A DNA stretch of 64,000 nt from an uncultured Gemmatimonadales bacterium (GTDB taxonomy: Bacteria; Gemmatimonadota; Gemmatimonadetes; Gemmatimonadales; GWC2-71-9), in assembly GCA_963739455.1 (NCBI GenBank), contig CAVUAK010000003.1:1-64000 (forward strand), read 5' to 3'. Each line of letters opens with the position of its first letter. Positions within the stretch are counted from its first letter, which is position 1. Made by a program: the position numbers and the translations under genes. This document shows, in pieces, positions 1 through 9,982 of this stretch. A model generated the notes under the pieces. That model had not been told where the DNA came from. It made no database searches and was given only the letters and a program-made list of their open reading frames with translations.

Positions 1-930
1 AGGGAGGGCCTTGGCCGTCTTGAGGTTGATGACCAGCTCGAACTTGGTCGGCTGCTCTACGGGGAGGTCTGCGGGTTTGGTCCCTTGTAATATCTTGTGT
101 ACGTATCCCGCGCCGCGCCGGAACAGATCGGACAGGCTCGCTCCGTAAGACATGAGGCCGCCGGCAATTACATTGTCCCGATTTTGGAAAATGCTCGGCA
201 GCCGGTTGTCCGTCAGGAAGTCGACGACCCGCCTGATGTGGAGCATGAGAAGTGGGTCTGCAGTCATCATAAACGCGTCGGGGCGCTCCCGCATCATTGT
301 AGCGAAGGCGCCGTCGAAGTCGTTGACACTGCGCACCTCCGCGGAGATTAGCTTCACGCCCAACGCCGGAGCGGCAATCTGTAATTCTTCGAGGTAAGCA
401 ACGGTGGAGGCATTAGCCGGATTTACGAGAAAGGCCATGCGTGAGATGGTGGGAACAGCCTCCTTGAAGAGTTGCAGCCGCTTGGCGCCTACCTCCGGGC
501 CAAGAATGGTGTTCCCGGTGACATTTCCACCTGGCCGTGCAATGCTTGCCACGAGGTCAGCTCGCACCGGATCGCCGATTGCGATCATGACAATCGGGAT
601 GGTCGCCGTCGCCTCCTTGGCTGCCCGGCTCGGTGGCGTGCCGTAGGTCGCGATGACGTCGACCGGGCGGCGAACGAGCTCAGCCGCCGCCTCGACAAGC
701 CGCTCGGGCACTCCGTCGGCGTATTTGTAGTCAAAGGCGATATTCTGACCTTCCAGGTAGCCGTGCTCGCGCAACCCCTGGCGGAAGGCGTTCCACATCG
801 GCGCGTCGTCGATGATGCCAACGCGCCGCATCCGTTCCGGCGGCTGCTGTGCGCTCGCCGCGAGCGGCCAGGTAGCCGCCGCACCACCGAGCAGCGTCAT
901 CAACTCGCGGCGTCCGATGAAAGCTGTCAT
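1..930 (-). CDS. ABC transporter substrate-binding protein (family expanded in Rhizobiales), runs off window start
   Basis: Manual translation from ATG at 930: MTAFIGRRELMTLLGGAAATWPLAASAQQ...ARPGGNVTG...KILQGTKPADLPVEQPTKFELVINLKTAKAL. Absent from the ORF track because no stop lies inside the window. Confidence 0.9.
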   Translation of the reverse strand, partial: MTAFIGRRELMTLLGGAAATWPLAASAQQPPERMRRVGIIDDAPMWNAFRQGLREHGYLEGQNIAFDYKYADGVPERLVEAAAELVRRPVDVIATYGTPPSRAAKEATATIPIVMIAIGDPVRADLVASIARPGGNVTGNTILGPEVGAKRLQLFKEAVPTISRMAFLVNPANASTVAYLEELQIAAPALGVKLISAEVRSVNDFDGAFATMMRERPDAFMMTADPLLMLHIRRVVDFLTDNRLPSIFQNRDNVIAGGLMSYGASLSDLFRRGAGYVHKILQGTKPADLPVEQPTKFELVINLKTAKALP

Positions 931-1173
931 CTGATCCCTCCAGCCGGAAGGGTTACGGACTGAACGATAGCACAGTTGTACCGGCGTGCCCTGGGGCAAC
1001 AAGCACACCTCCGAGCCCCGCGGTTGGATGGCTGCGGCCTCCTACGTCCGGCCAGTCCGATGGTGTCCGCGAAGGACTTCACCGTTCCCGGCCCTTCTCC
1101 GAGGGCGCGCAACCGGGTTGTCCTCGCGTGACTGTTCACGCGGGGCGGCCCTCCATCTCGCTGGAGGACGGCC

Positions 1174-1269
1174 ATGAACCACGAGAACGAGCGGCAGAGC
1201 ACAGGTTTTAGCGCCGTCGCCGTTGACGTCGGAGGCTGGTCCGGAGTTGAATGCTGGCTGGCAAGATGA
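1174..1269 (+). CDS. Putative 31-aa small ORF
   Basis: GGAGG at 1163-1167, ATG at 1174, MNHENERQSTGFSAVAVDVGGWSGVECWLAR. Its stop overlaps the next start as ATGA (1266-1269). Confidence 0.4.
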   Translation: MNHENERQSTGFSAVAVDVGGWSGVECWLAR

Positions 1270-1553
1270 TCGCTGAGTACGTCGCCTCCGCAGCAGCCAT
1301 GAGCGTGCTCGACAGGCTCACCGTCCCCGTCAGTTTCGACCCCGCGAAGGGTTACGTCGCCACGATCCGGGACGTGGCAGCGCCGGTGACGGCGTTGTCG
1401 TTGAACGGCCTGCGCCGTCGGATCGAGGCCTTGCTGCTGCCGGACAGCGTTGTCGTGCGGCTCTCGCTCGATCGCGACGCCAGGTTGGAGCGCGACGCCC
1501 GCCGCAAGGGCGGACAAAGCCGGGCCGGCGATCATGCCGCCCGGGCAAGATGA
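1266..1553 (+). CDS. Hypothetical protein
   Basis: ORF 1251..1553. Start chosen at the ATGA overlap (ATG 1299 is an alternative). No recognised motif. Confidence 0.55.
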   Translation: MIAEYVASAAAMSVLDRLTVPVSFDPAKGYVATIRDVAAPVTALSLNGLRRRIEALLLPDSVVVRLSLDRDARLERDARRKGGQSRAGDHAARAR

Positions 1554-1562
1554 GGTGAGGCC

Positions 1563-2207
1563 TTGGCGACTAAACCACGCAAGGGCGGCGGCGAGCTATT
1601 TTATCTCGACGAGCACGGCAACAAGAAGGACGCCGCAGGCTCGTCCAAGCCTCGAAGAAAGCGCCCTGCCGGGAAGGGCCACAACAAACCGCCGGCAGAC
1701 CCGCCGCCGATCTCAAGCTGGCATACAGACGACCAGAGCGGGGCGCTGATTGCACGCCAGACAGCTCGGCAGCGGCAGCAGCATCTCGCGGCGATAGGCA
1801 GCGGGCCGATTGGTTCTCCGTTCCCGCCGGCACACGACCCGAGTGTCCTGCACGCGGCGATGCTTAAGCGCGTTGCGGCGCTCGATGAGGCGACCGCTGG
1901 ACTACTTATCTCCGCCGAAGGACAGATCAAACCGAGGCCACTTGACGACAGCGATCTCGACGAGATCAGGCGCGCGATCGAGACGCTCAAAACACTGCCG
2001 CCCGTGCCCGCAAAGCCTCCGACGGAGGGGGTCGAAGCGCAAAGCAAACTAGCTCAGTTCGGCGAGAAGATTTTGGTGTCCCTGGCAACGATGGCGATCA
2101 CTGAGGCATCGAAGGAATTCTGGGCCCAGTATGGTGATCAGCTTAAAGCCCTCGCCCACGCTATCGGTGAGTGGATCGCGAACCTGCCGCGTGATCTCGC
2201 CCCTTGA
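1563..2207 (+). CDS. Hypothetical protein, helical C-terminal half
   Basis: 214-aa ORF with TTG start preceded by GAGGTGAGG, directly after the previous stop. Confidence 0.6.
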   Translation: MATKPRKGGGELFYLDEHGNKKDAAGSSKPRRKRPAGKGHNKPPADPPPISSWHTDDQSGALIARQTARQRQQHLAAIGSGPIGSPFPPAHDPSVLHAAMLKRVAALDEATAGLLISAEGQIKPRPLDDSDLDEIRRAIETLKTLPPVPAKPPTEGVEAQSKLAQFGEKILVSLATMAITEASKEFWAQYGDQLKALAHAIGEWIANLPRDLAP

Positions 2208-2459
2208 TCCCGTTACTAACGGCGGCACCGGCACTTCCCGATGGCCAGCTCGTCATGATCGCCGTGCGCTTCTGCGCACCCATGAACCGGGACAGCCGGC
2301 CGGCGGTGCCCAAGCCGCCGGGGGCGAGCTGTCCCTCCGGCAGGTACCAATCCGGCGCGGCTTGCGTGAGGCTCAATCGCTGAGGCGCTGCGGCGGCGGC
2401 AACAGGTTTAACAGGCCGCAGCGCGCGCTGCGGGCGACTTCGCTGTTGGAGACCTCTAC

Positions 2460-3872
2460 CTAGTCGGCGAGCGCGCGGGTGAGTGCGTCGAGATAGCTGA
2501 GATGGGTGCTCACGTCGCGCAACACGCCGCAGACGGCGTTGCTGTAGTCGTCGGAGCCGTTCTTGCCGTGGTTGACGGTATCTCGGCCGCTGCGGTGCGT
2601 GTGCCGCTCAAGCAGGCGGAGCTCACGTAACAGGCGCTTGTGGTCGGGCAGCGCGACCAAGCCGCGCGTGAACAGCGGCAAGCATTCCAAGTAAATCTGC
2701 GACCTCGGCAGCTCGCTGCGAACGTAACGCACACCGCACCTGCTCCAAGCCCCGGCGACCCACTCTTGTGCAAAGTTGTCGCCAACGACGCTCAAACAAC
2801 GGTACTCCTTGGCCAGCTTGGCGTACTGTTCGGTCGCTTCCTGCGGATCGAACGGCGGCGCCACGCCGCGGCAAACGTCGATGACGATGCGCTCGCCTTC
2901 CTTGTGTCCGATGGCGCACGTGTAATGATCGTGACGACCACCGCTCGCATCGACGAAGGCCTTATAGAAAATATGCGGCTGGGGCGGCAGCTCGATGGGC
3001 CGGCCGTAGTTGACGGCGGCCTCAATCGTGGCGTCGTCAAGGAACGCAGAAATGTCGGTGCGAAAGCCACCACCCCACTCGCTCTCAGCCGCCTCCGGAT
3101 CGGAGGCCGAGGCACGCGCGATCATGTTGGGATCGAGGCTTGGATTGAACGCCGAGGATGCACCCTGCACCACCAGCACATCGTCACCGTCCTGACCGAA
3201 GTGATCGCGCCACTTCTGATACAGCAGACCAAGCTTGCGGTAACCGGTGCTGATGCCAACCCAAAGGCCCTTGCTGGCCGCGAGTGCGGGCATGCAAGCG
3301 CGAAAGATCTCTACGTCAGGCTGAGCGCTGTCGACGTCGCGCCAAAATGAGGTTTCGTCACCAACGACGGCCAGCAGCGTGCGGCCCCGGATGGTGCGAT
3401 AGGAGCCCGCATGCACGCCGATGATGATGTTGCCCTTGAGCCTGATCTCCTCGGCGGTCGTCGATTCAATCTGCTGGCGCAGGATGGGCGAGCTTTGGAG
3501 GAAGCCCACGACGTACGCGAATGCGACCGAAGCCTGCGAACGCGAAGCGGCCAACAACAAGACGTAGCCGACCTCGCCCGGCGCGAGCCTGTGCTGCGCG
3601 ATGGCAGCGATGTACGTGCTGATCGCCGCGGCAATCCTGGTCTTGCCACTTCTTCGACCGGCCACGCACCAAAGCTCGTTCACCCGTTGACCGGGCGGCG
3701 CACGCTCGCCAGCAACCTTGCTGAAGATGGCGCGATCCTCATCCGACATCTTCAGCCCAAACGCGGCGCGCAATACTGCCAACCACTGGGACCACGAGGC
3801 AATGTCGCCAAGCGCCGCCCCAAGCAAATTCTTGTCGAGCAGCGCTCGATCGATGCCGATGAGCGCTTTCAT
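2460..3872 (-). CDS. Phage terminase large subunit-like protein
   Basis: Walker A AGRRSGKT, Walker B LLAVVGDE, coupling motif ISTG, RNase H-like nuclease acidic motifs FVDASGG..D and DDYSNA. Confidence 0.85.
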   Translation of the reverse strand: MKALIGIDRALLDKNLLGAALGDIASWSQWLAVLRAAFGLKMSDEDRAIFSKVAGERAPPGQRVNELWCVAGRRSGKTRIAAAISTYIAAIAQHRLAPGEVGYVLLLAASRSQASVAFAYVVGFLQSSPILRQQIESTTAEEIRLKGNIIIGVHAGSYRTIRGRTLLAVVGDETSFWRDVDSAQPDVEIFRACMPALAASKGLWVGISTGYRKLGLLYQKWRDHFGQDGDDVLVVQGASSAFNPSLDPNMIARASASDPEAAESEWGGGFRTDISAFLDDATIEAAVNYGRPIELPPQPHIFYKAFVDASGGRHDHYTCAIGHKEGERIVIDVCRGVAPPFDPQEATEQYAKLAKEYRCLSVVGDNFAQEWVAGAWSRCGVRYVRSELPRSQIYLECLPLFTRGLVALPDHKRLLRELRLLERHTHRSGRDTVNHGKNGSDDYSNAVCGVLRDVSTHLSYLDALTRALAD

Positions 3873-4054
3873 GCAGCACCGATCCCCTGGCGGAAGATCG
3901 CCGCCGGTTCCGCGTCGAAGGCTTGCAGCTCTGCACGTGCCCGCTCGAGCTGCTCATCGGCCGACGGTCCGCTGCAGTGAGCCACAATCAGCGCTTCGAC
4001 CACGCGGTCGAGCAGTTGGCGGCGGAGCTCGCGACGGTCGGAATCGGAGCTCAT
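3869..4054 (-). CDS. Small hypothetical protein coupled between the terS-like and terL genes
   Basis: 61 aa; 4-bp ATGA overlaps with both neighbours. Confidence 0.65.
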   Translation of the reverse strand: MSSDSDRRELRRQLLDRVVEALIVAHCSGPSADEQLERARAELQAFDAEPAAIFRQGIGAA

Positions 4055-4470
4055 TCGGCGGCCTCGCTGTCGACGTCGGGCGGCGGAGACGATCGAAGGT
4101 AGTCGCCCAAGCTCGGCGTCAGATCCTTGGCCACACGGTTGATTCCGATCCGCTGCGCAAGCCGCACCAGCGTCGAGCTCAGCAGCGCATGCTCGGCAAT
4201 ATCAACGGGCTCGCCGCGCGCCAACCGTGCCTCGAGCTCCTCAGCCAGAACAGCGCCGCTGGCAAACCGGCGAATGAGCTGCATGCGGATCTCGGAACAA
4301 CGGTCAGCACCGCCCTGGTCGATGGCAATCTGGCCGACGAGGTCCCGATAGCGGCGTGCAATCGAAGAGCGCTGGTCAACGCCCGCCAGCCAGTCGCGCC
4401 CATTGCTCACCCGGCTCCGGGCGGTTGGCTTGCGTGGCGTTATGGCAGGGTTTCCTGCGGGCGATTCCAT
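4051..4470 (-). CDS. Phage-associated helical protein, probable terminase small subunit-like
   Basis: RSRVSNG..LAGVDQRSSIARRYRDL motif of a type I recall from alphaproteobacterial prophage ORFs; lies upstream of terL. Confidence 0.6.
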   Translation of the reverse strand: MESPAGNPAITPRKPTARSRVSNGRDWLAGVDQRSSIARRYRDLVGQIAIDQGGADRCSEIRMQLIRRFASGAVLAEELEARLARGEPVDIAEHALLSSTLVRLAQRIGINRVAKDLTPSLGDYLRSSPPPDVDSEAAE

Positions 4471-5398
4471 TAGCCGTCCAGCCCCTTTCGAGGGGGTGTT
4501 GCCGACCGTTTGCGCCCTGGAACCCGACCACTACCCCGAAACGCCGCCCGCCTGCAAATCCGGCCCCGCCGAGGGCACTGTTGGGAAAACAGGGCCGGGC
4601 GAACCTCCGGTTGCAATTGAAAAAGCACAACAAAATCGGGTTGTTCGGGGGTGACTGTTGGGAGAACACACATTCTTCCAACACTGCCGAGCAGGCCACG
4701 GGCGGAGCTTTCCGGCCGCCAACAAGGTGTTCTGCGGGGCAATGATTCGTTGGGCGCCGCAGGGTTGGCGCGGGTTGGCTGCGGCGCCGGATTTTTCGAG
4801 GGGGTTATAGCGCGGCGGACAACAGCCTCCTGCCCGGTGAGGCTGGTGAGGCCGGTGCAGTTACCGTTCAGGCAGCCGGAGCGCCCGGTCGCCTTTGGGC
4901 GGTGCCGTGGCGGTGGTGGGAGAGGGTGGGGGCGAGAGTTTTCGTAAAGGTGGGGTTTGTGGATGTGGGCTTTTGTGTTGTGGGGGCCGGTATAAAGGCG
5001 AAGGCTTGGTGTTGGGGGCCAGCCCCTTAGCACCTTGGCGCCACCCGCCTAAGCCATGCCGCGAGGGCCATTGCTAGGGGCTCCGGGTGCCCTTCAGGCC
5101 AGACAACGCCCCGGCGAGCCGTTTCCCGGCCGACACGGGGCTCCTACGGGCAGCGGGCGGGGGCGGCCATGCCCACCATCACTAGGCCCTGCAGGCTCGC
5201 TGGCGGCAACCACCTTACCACCACCGGCGCATACAAGCCATGGTCACCGCTCTAGCTGAGGCTGATGGCAGGCAGTAGAGAGGCTGAATGGCGGTAGGAA
5301 CTGAGGTACAGAGGGTTGTTCACTGGGGGTTGTAAGCCGCCGATTCCACACGCCAGGAGGCAAGAGAGAGGGGGGGGGGGGGAGGTGTAAGTAAGTAT

Positions 5399-5420
5399 AG
5401 GGTGCGGATTTCCGCACCCT
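5399..5420. repeat. Perfect 10-bp inverted repeat, possible origin or protein-binding site
   Basis: AGGGTGCGGA-TT-TCCGCACCCT, next to TGTAAGTAAGTATA and a long G run. Confidence 0.6.
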
Positions 5421-5471
5421 TTGCGCTGCCGCTCTCCCCCCTTGCTGTGGCATGGGCAGACCGGCCGCTCT

Positions 5472-5605
5472 TTAATATGCGCCCCACTTGAATAGCGCCG
5501 GGGTGCCTCGCCCGGCCTGCTTGACCGGCACGAGGTAGCCCTGCTCGATCAGCACCCGCCGGGCTCGGGCGAGCCGGTGGATGCCGCAACCAACGATCTC
5601 GCTGC
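5472..5605 (-). pseudogene. Truncated 3' end of a winged-HTH / primase-like replication gene
   Basis: Manual translation EIVGCGIHRLARARRVLIEQGYLVPVKQAGRGTPALFKWGAY-stop (TAA 5474-5472). The upstream frame has no plausible start and closes near 5725. Confidence 0.45.
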
Positions 5606-5848
5606 CAACTGGTGTGCCGGCACCTCGGTGTATGGGGCAGGGGACCGCGGAACACCAGGCTTTGACAACCCCGATTGTTGAGCGGCAGACACCTGATAGG
5701 AGCTGGACAATGAGGGATGTATATCAGCGTTTTCTCGCAATATTCGACGAGCATCCCGCCTCGTAGCCGCAGACGGGAAGCTCATCAAGTCGTCCATGGG
5801 TCGATTGACCCATGTCGCGTGGCCATCCCTTGCCAGTATTCTCATCGC

Positions 5849-7093
5849 ATGCACCGAATCAACGCCCTCAGGCTCGGGGCCCTCGCATTCGCAGTGGCGG
5901 CATCCGCCTGCGGAACCGATGACCCGGTCGAACCCGGCGGCGCTCACGAGTTCACCGTCGCCTTCTGCTCCAGCCCACCTCAAGTGTCCTGGGTTGCCCA
6001 GCAGGATGGTGACGGCGCCTGGCGGGTCGTGGTCCCGAATGGAGGAGCGCACACCTACCGCTTCGCCTTCAACTCCGATCGCGCCGCCATCGCCATCAAG
6101 TCCGTCTTTCTCTCCATCTACTACGCCACCCCCGCGCAGCTCGAGCAGTTGCTGCAGCTGCGGGCATCGAGTTGCGGATCAAAGTCAGCCACTGGGTTGG
6201 TGGTCGGATTGGCCGAGACGGACACCGCCGAGGTGTCACTCCCCGCATCGGGGTATTCCTGGCTCAGCCATGAACCCGGTACCCCTCGCCCCTTCCAGCT
6301 TGCTGGCATCTGGACCGGGCCGCAGGATCTCGTCGCCATGGCTCGCGGCGCTGACGTTCGCTACATCATCCGCACCGGCGTCGATCTTCCCGATGGCGCC
6401 GCCATTGCCCCACTCGACTTCACGTCGACCGAAGCGATCGCCGGTGCCCATGCGAACATCACTGTCACTGACGTCGATGGCGATGAGAGCGAGGTCTACA
6501 CCACGTTCGGGGCCATCGGCAGGCTCTCGTACGGCGTTCCGATTGCGACGACCACCACCTACGACGCCGTGCCGGCAGCCAGCCTTCCTGTTGGCCGCGT
6601 TCAGGCACTCTCGGTCGCAGACCGTGATAGGCCTCGCTCCGAGTATCGCCACGCGGACCTTTTCTTCCGTGACGTTGTAGACCGGACGGTCACTCTCGGT
6701 CCGTCGCTGCCCGAACCGACAGTCACCGTCCGCGTCGCCGGCCCCTATCTGTTGCCCACGCTGACGCTCCCTGTGCAGCCCGAGTATGGCCGATGGGCGC
6801 TCGCGAGCTTCAACACCGGTCCAGATGCCGAACGCAGTAACGAAATCGCTGTCGCTGCTGAATACTTCGGGTCACTGCCATCTGCCTGGGTCATTACGGT
6901 TCCCGACCTCACCTCGCTGCCCGGCTTTCAGCCTGCGTGGGCCCTGCGCGCCGGTGTGCCGCTCGCCTATAGCGTCGTGGCAGGGGGCGGCACCCGCCCG
7001 TGGCCCTTTGGTTTCTTTCCCGGCTCACTGATGTCGCCGGCAGACGGCGATGAATCGCGCAGCATCGTCGGCTGGGGCTTCAGTACCGAGTAA
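5849..7093 (+). CDS. Hypothetical lipoprotein
   Basis: Lipobox-like MHRINALRLGALAFAVAASAC, beta-rich body; part of ORF 5717..7093. Confidence 0.75.
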   Translation: MHRINALRLGALAFAVAASACGTDDPVEPGGAHEFTVAFCSSPPQVSWVAQQDGDGAWRVVVPNGGAHTYRFAFNSDRAAIAIKSVFLSIYYATPAQLEQLLQLRASSCGSKSATGLVVGLAETDTAEVSLPASGYSWLSHEPGTPRPFQLAGIWTGPQDLVAMARGADVRYIIRTGVDLPDGAAIAPLDFTSTEAIAGAHANITVTDVDGDESEVYTTFGAIGRLSYGVPIATTTTYDAVPAASLPVGRVQALSVADRDRPRSEYRHADLFFRDVVDRTVTLGPSLPEPTVTVRVAGPYLLPTLTLPVQPEYGRWALASFNTGPDAERSNEIAVAAEYFGSLPSAWVITVPDLTSLPGFQPAWALRAGVPLAYSVVAGGGTRPWPFGFFPGSLMSPADGDESRSIVGWGFSTE

Positions 7094-7132
7094 GGTCCTA
7101 CCCGGCGTCCGTCTTGCGCGGTATCCTCCCTG

Positions 7133-8942
7133 ATGCACAGACGCTCCTTTCTCGGCGCTGCCGCCGCGCTCCCCCTCATTTCTCCCGCGGCCCGCGACCT
7201 CATCCGGGCCGCATCCGTCGCCCCCTTCACCCGTGTCCGCCCCGGCGATCCCGGTTGGCCCACTGCCTCGGCATGGAGCGAGCTCGGGAAGCAGGTCGGT
7301 GGCCGCCTCCGCAAGCTCGAGTCGCCACTCAGCGCTTGTAAGGCGTCGCCCACCAGCGCGGCCTGCACCGATTTCTTCGCCAGCATGAAGAACCCCTTCT
7401 TCATCGGCGACGACCCCGCCCTCACCCAGACGACCGGCTGGATTGGCGCATGGGCCTCGGCGCCGAGCACCTGGGTCGTCGCCGCCGAGAGCGCGGCCGA
7501 TGTTGCTGCAGCGGTGAACTTCGCCCGCACCCATCGGCTGCGACTCGTGGTGAAGGGCGGGGGACACAGCTACAAGGGCACCTCCTCCTCCACCGACTCG
7601 CTTGCTCATCTGGACTCGTGCCATGAAGCAGGTGGAGATGCACGACGCATTCGTCCCCCGCGGCTGCGAAGGCAAGGTCGCGGCGACGACGGCAGTGAGC
7701 GTTGGATCGGGCGCTATCTGGGGACCGGTCTACTACCAGGTCGGCACCGTCGGCGGACGCTATGTGCAGGGTGGGGGATGCACCACCGTCGGCGTCGCCG
7801 GGCTTATCCAGAGCGGCGGCTTCGGCAGTTTCTCCAAGAACTACGGGTCGGCCTGCGCCGCACTCCTCGAAGCCGAGATCGTCACCGCCGACGGCAAGGT
7901 CCGCGTCGTGAACCAGTGCAACGATCCCGAACTGTTCTGGGCGTTGAAGGGCGGCGGCGGGGGAACTTTCGGTGTCGTCACCCGCCTCACCCTCCGGACC
8001 CGCGACCTGCCCGAGACAATGGGCGGTGCCTTCGGCAGCATCAAGGCGACGTCCGAAGAGGCATTTGCCCGGCTCGTTGCGTACACCCTTCGCTTCTATC
8101 GCGATAACCTCTGGAACAACCACTGGGGCGAGCAGATCGAGTTCAAGCCCGGTCAGGTCAACGTCAGCATGGTGTTCCAGGGATTGTCGACCGACCAGGC
8201 CAACGCCGTCTGGCAGCCGTTCCGCGATTGGGTTGCCGCATCACCTGGCGACTTCGAGGTGGCGGCACCACTCAGCGCAGCCGGTGGCCCGGCGAATCAT
8301 TTCTGGGACGGGGATTTCCTCCAGAAAGTGGCCCCCGGTGCCATCATGCACGACGCCCGCCCCGGCGCGCCCGCAGGCAACTGGTTCTGGGCCGGCGACA
8401 GGGGGCAGGCGGGAGACGTCGTCACCGGTTATCGGTCCGCCTGGCTTCCCTCGGCGCTGCTCGACGAGGAGCGCATCGATGTTCTTGCACGCACGATCGT
8501 CTCGGCCGTTGAGACGTGGGACTTCGCCTTCCACTTCAACAAGGGGCTCGCCGGTGCTCCCGCGGCCGAGATTGCAGCGGCCCGCGATACCGCAATGAAC
8601 CCCGCGGTGCTCGATGCCTTTGCCCTCGTCATCATCGCGGGCATGGAGCCGCCGGCCTTCGCCGGAATTCCCGGCCACGAACCCGATGTCGCGGGGGGAC
8701 AGAAAGCCGCCGCAAGAATCAACAAGGCCACCGACCAGTTGCTCGCCCTGGCGCCGGGTGCCGGGTCATACTTGTCGGAGAGTGACTTCTTTGGGTCGAA
8801 CTGGAAGGACCTCTACTGGGGGCCCAACTACCCGCGCCTCGCCGCGGCGAAGCGCAGGTACGATCCCGACGGGCTCTTCTTCGTGCACCAGGGTGTCGGC
8901 AGCGAGGAGTGGAGCGCGGACGGATTCCGTCGTATCACCTGA
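7133..8942 (+). CDS. Tat-exported FAD-linked oxidoreductase (berberine bridge enzyme-like), one +1 indel near 7602
   Basis: RRSFL Tat signal, VKGGGHSY flavinylation His motif, GGGCTTVGVAG, ALKGGGGGTFGVVT, C-terminal YWGPNYPRLAAAKRRYDP. Split over ORFs 7133..8107 and 7602..8942. Confidence 0.88.
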
Positions 8943-8959
8943 ACAACCGAGCCGAGCTC

Positions 8960-9982
8960 ATGCGCCGTTCCGCTCTCATCCCGCTCGTCGTCATCATCAT
9001 TGGCGCCTGCAGCAGCGCTGACCCTGGCGAGCCGATGCACACGCTGACGGTCACGGCGGTGGCCGGTGCCACCGGGTCAGGTACTGTCGCGACCGATGTC
9101 ATCGGCATCGACTGCGCCATCAGCAGTGCAGGGGCCACCGGTACCTGCACGGCGCAATTCGCCGAAGGTACGCTCCTCGGCCTCTATACGAGCCCCAGTC
9201 CCGGCAGCCGCTTCCTGGAATGGTCGGGTGCGTGCTCCGCTGGGCACGAGTGCGGCGTGCAGTTGCTTTCGGATGTCGCCGTTGCTGCCGCCTTCGAGCG
9301 CGCAACTGCACTCGCCTTTGATGGTGTGCAGCAGTTCGCCGAGTTTCCCGACGCCACAGCGCTCGACCTCTCGGATACCTGGACCATCGAGGCCTGGGTT
9401 CGCCCCGCCCCTCCCGGCGGCGGGGGCATCCAGCACCTCGTGTCGAAGTGGGGCGTCACCGGTGCTGCGTCCTACTCGCTCGAGATGAACGGCACTGGCC
9501 TGAGCCTCTCTACCAGCAATGGTGTCGACCCCACAACGACCCTGATCGCAGCGGACGTCCTGCGCATCGACACCTGGCAGCACGTTGCGGCCACGTTCAA
9601 CAACGGCGTTGCCTTCCTCTACGTCAACGGGGAGAACGTCGGAGGGGTTGCTGGGATGGCGATCCCGATGAACAGCGACAAGCCGTTGTCGCTTGGGCAC
9701 GAGGGACCGCCGTTCAACGGATATCACTTCAAGGGCGTACTGGACGAAGTGCGGGTCTGGCAGGTGGTGCGCACGACGAGTGAAATCAACGACTTTCGGT
9801 CGGCGGTCCAGTCGCCCCAGGCGGGCCTGGTCGGTTACTGGCGACTCGATGATGGGAGCGGACAGGTGATCACTGACCGCTCGGGCCTCGGCAACAACGG
9901 AAGGCTGGGCGCCACCACGGCGCCCGAGGCTTCCGATCCCCTCTGGAGCACGAACAATTTCGAGCAGCAGTTTCCGGACTAG
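8960..9982 (+). CDS. Lipoprotein with InlB B-repeat-like and LamG/concanavalin A-like domains
   Basis: IIIGAC lipobox; SRFLEWSGAC; WTIEAWV, WQHVAATF, FKGVLDEVRVW, LVGYWRLDDG. Confidence 0.85.
   Translation: MRRSALIPLVVIIIGACSSADPGEPMHTLTVTAVAGATGSGTVATDVIGIDCAISSAGATGTCTAQFAEGTLLGLYTSPSPGSRFLEWSGACSAGHECGVQLLSDVAVAAAFERATALAFDGVQQFAEFPDATALDLSDTWTIEAWVRPAPPGGGGIQHLVSKWGVTGAASYSLEMNGTGLSLSTSNGVDPTTTLIAADVLRIDTWQHVAATFNNGVAFLYVNGENVGGVAGMAIPMNSDKPLSLGHEGPPFNGYHFKGVLDEVRVWQVVRTTSEINDFRSAVQSPQAGLVGYWRLDDGSGQVITDRSGLGNNGRLGATTAPEASDPLWSTNNFEQQFPD

Larger units (their letters stand above)
2460..5605 (-). mobile_element. Prophage or phage-satellite fragment (replication-gene tail plus packaging genes)
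   Basis: terL, terS-like ORF and wHTH-like gene tail on one strand. No integrase, portal or capsid seen. Confidence 0.55.

Noticed and set aside
2161..2463. Small ORFs between terL and the convergent operon as a portal remnant
   Set aside because: No recognisable motif or ribosome-binding site, and too short to support a call.
4376..5453. ORFs predicted in the noisy segment
   Set aside because: Low-complexity Pro/Arg/Gly translations without codon bias; the sequence quality is suspect.
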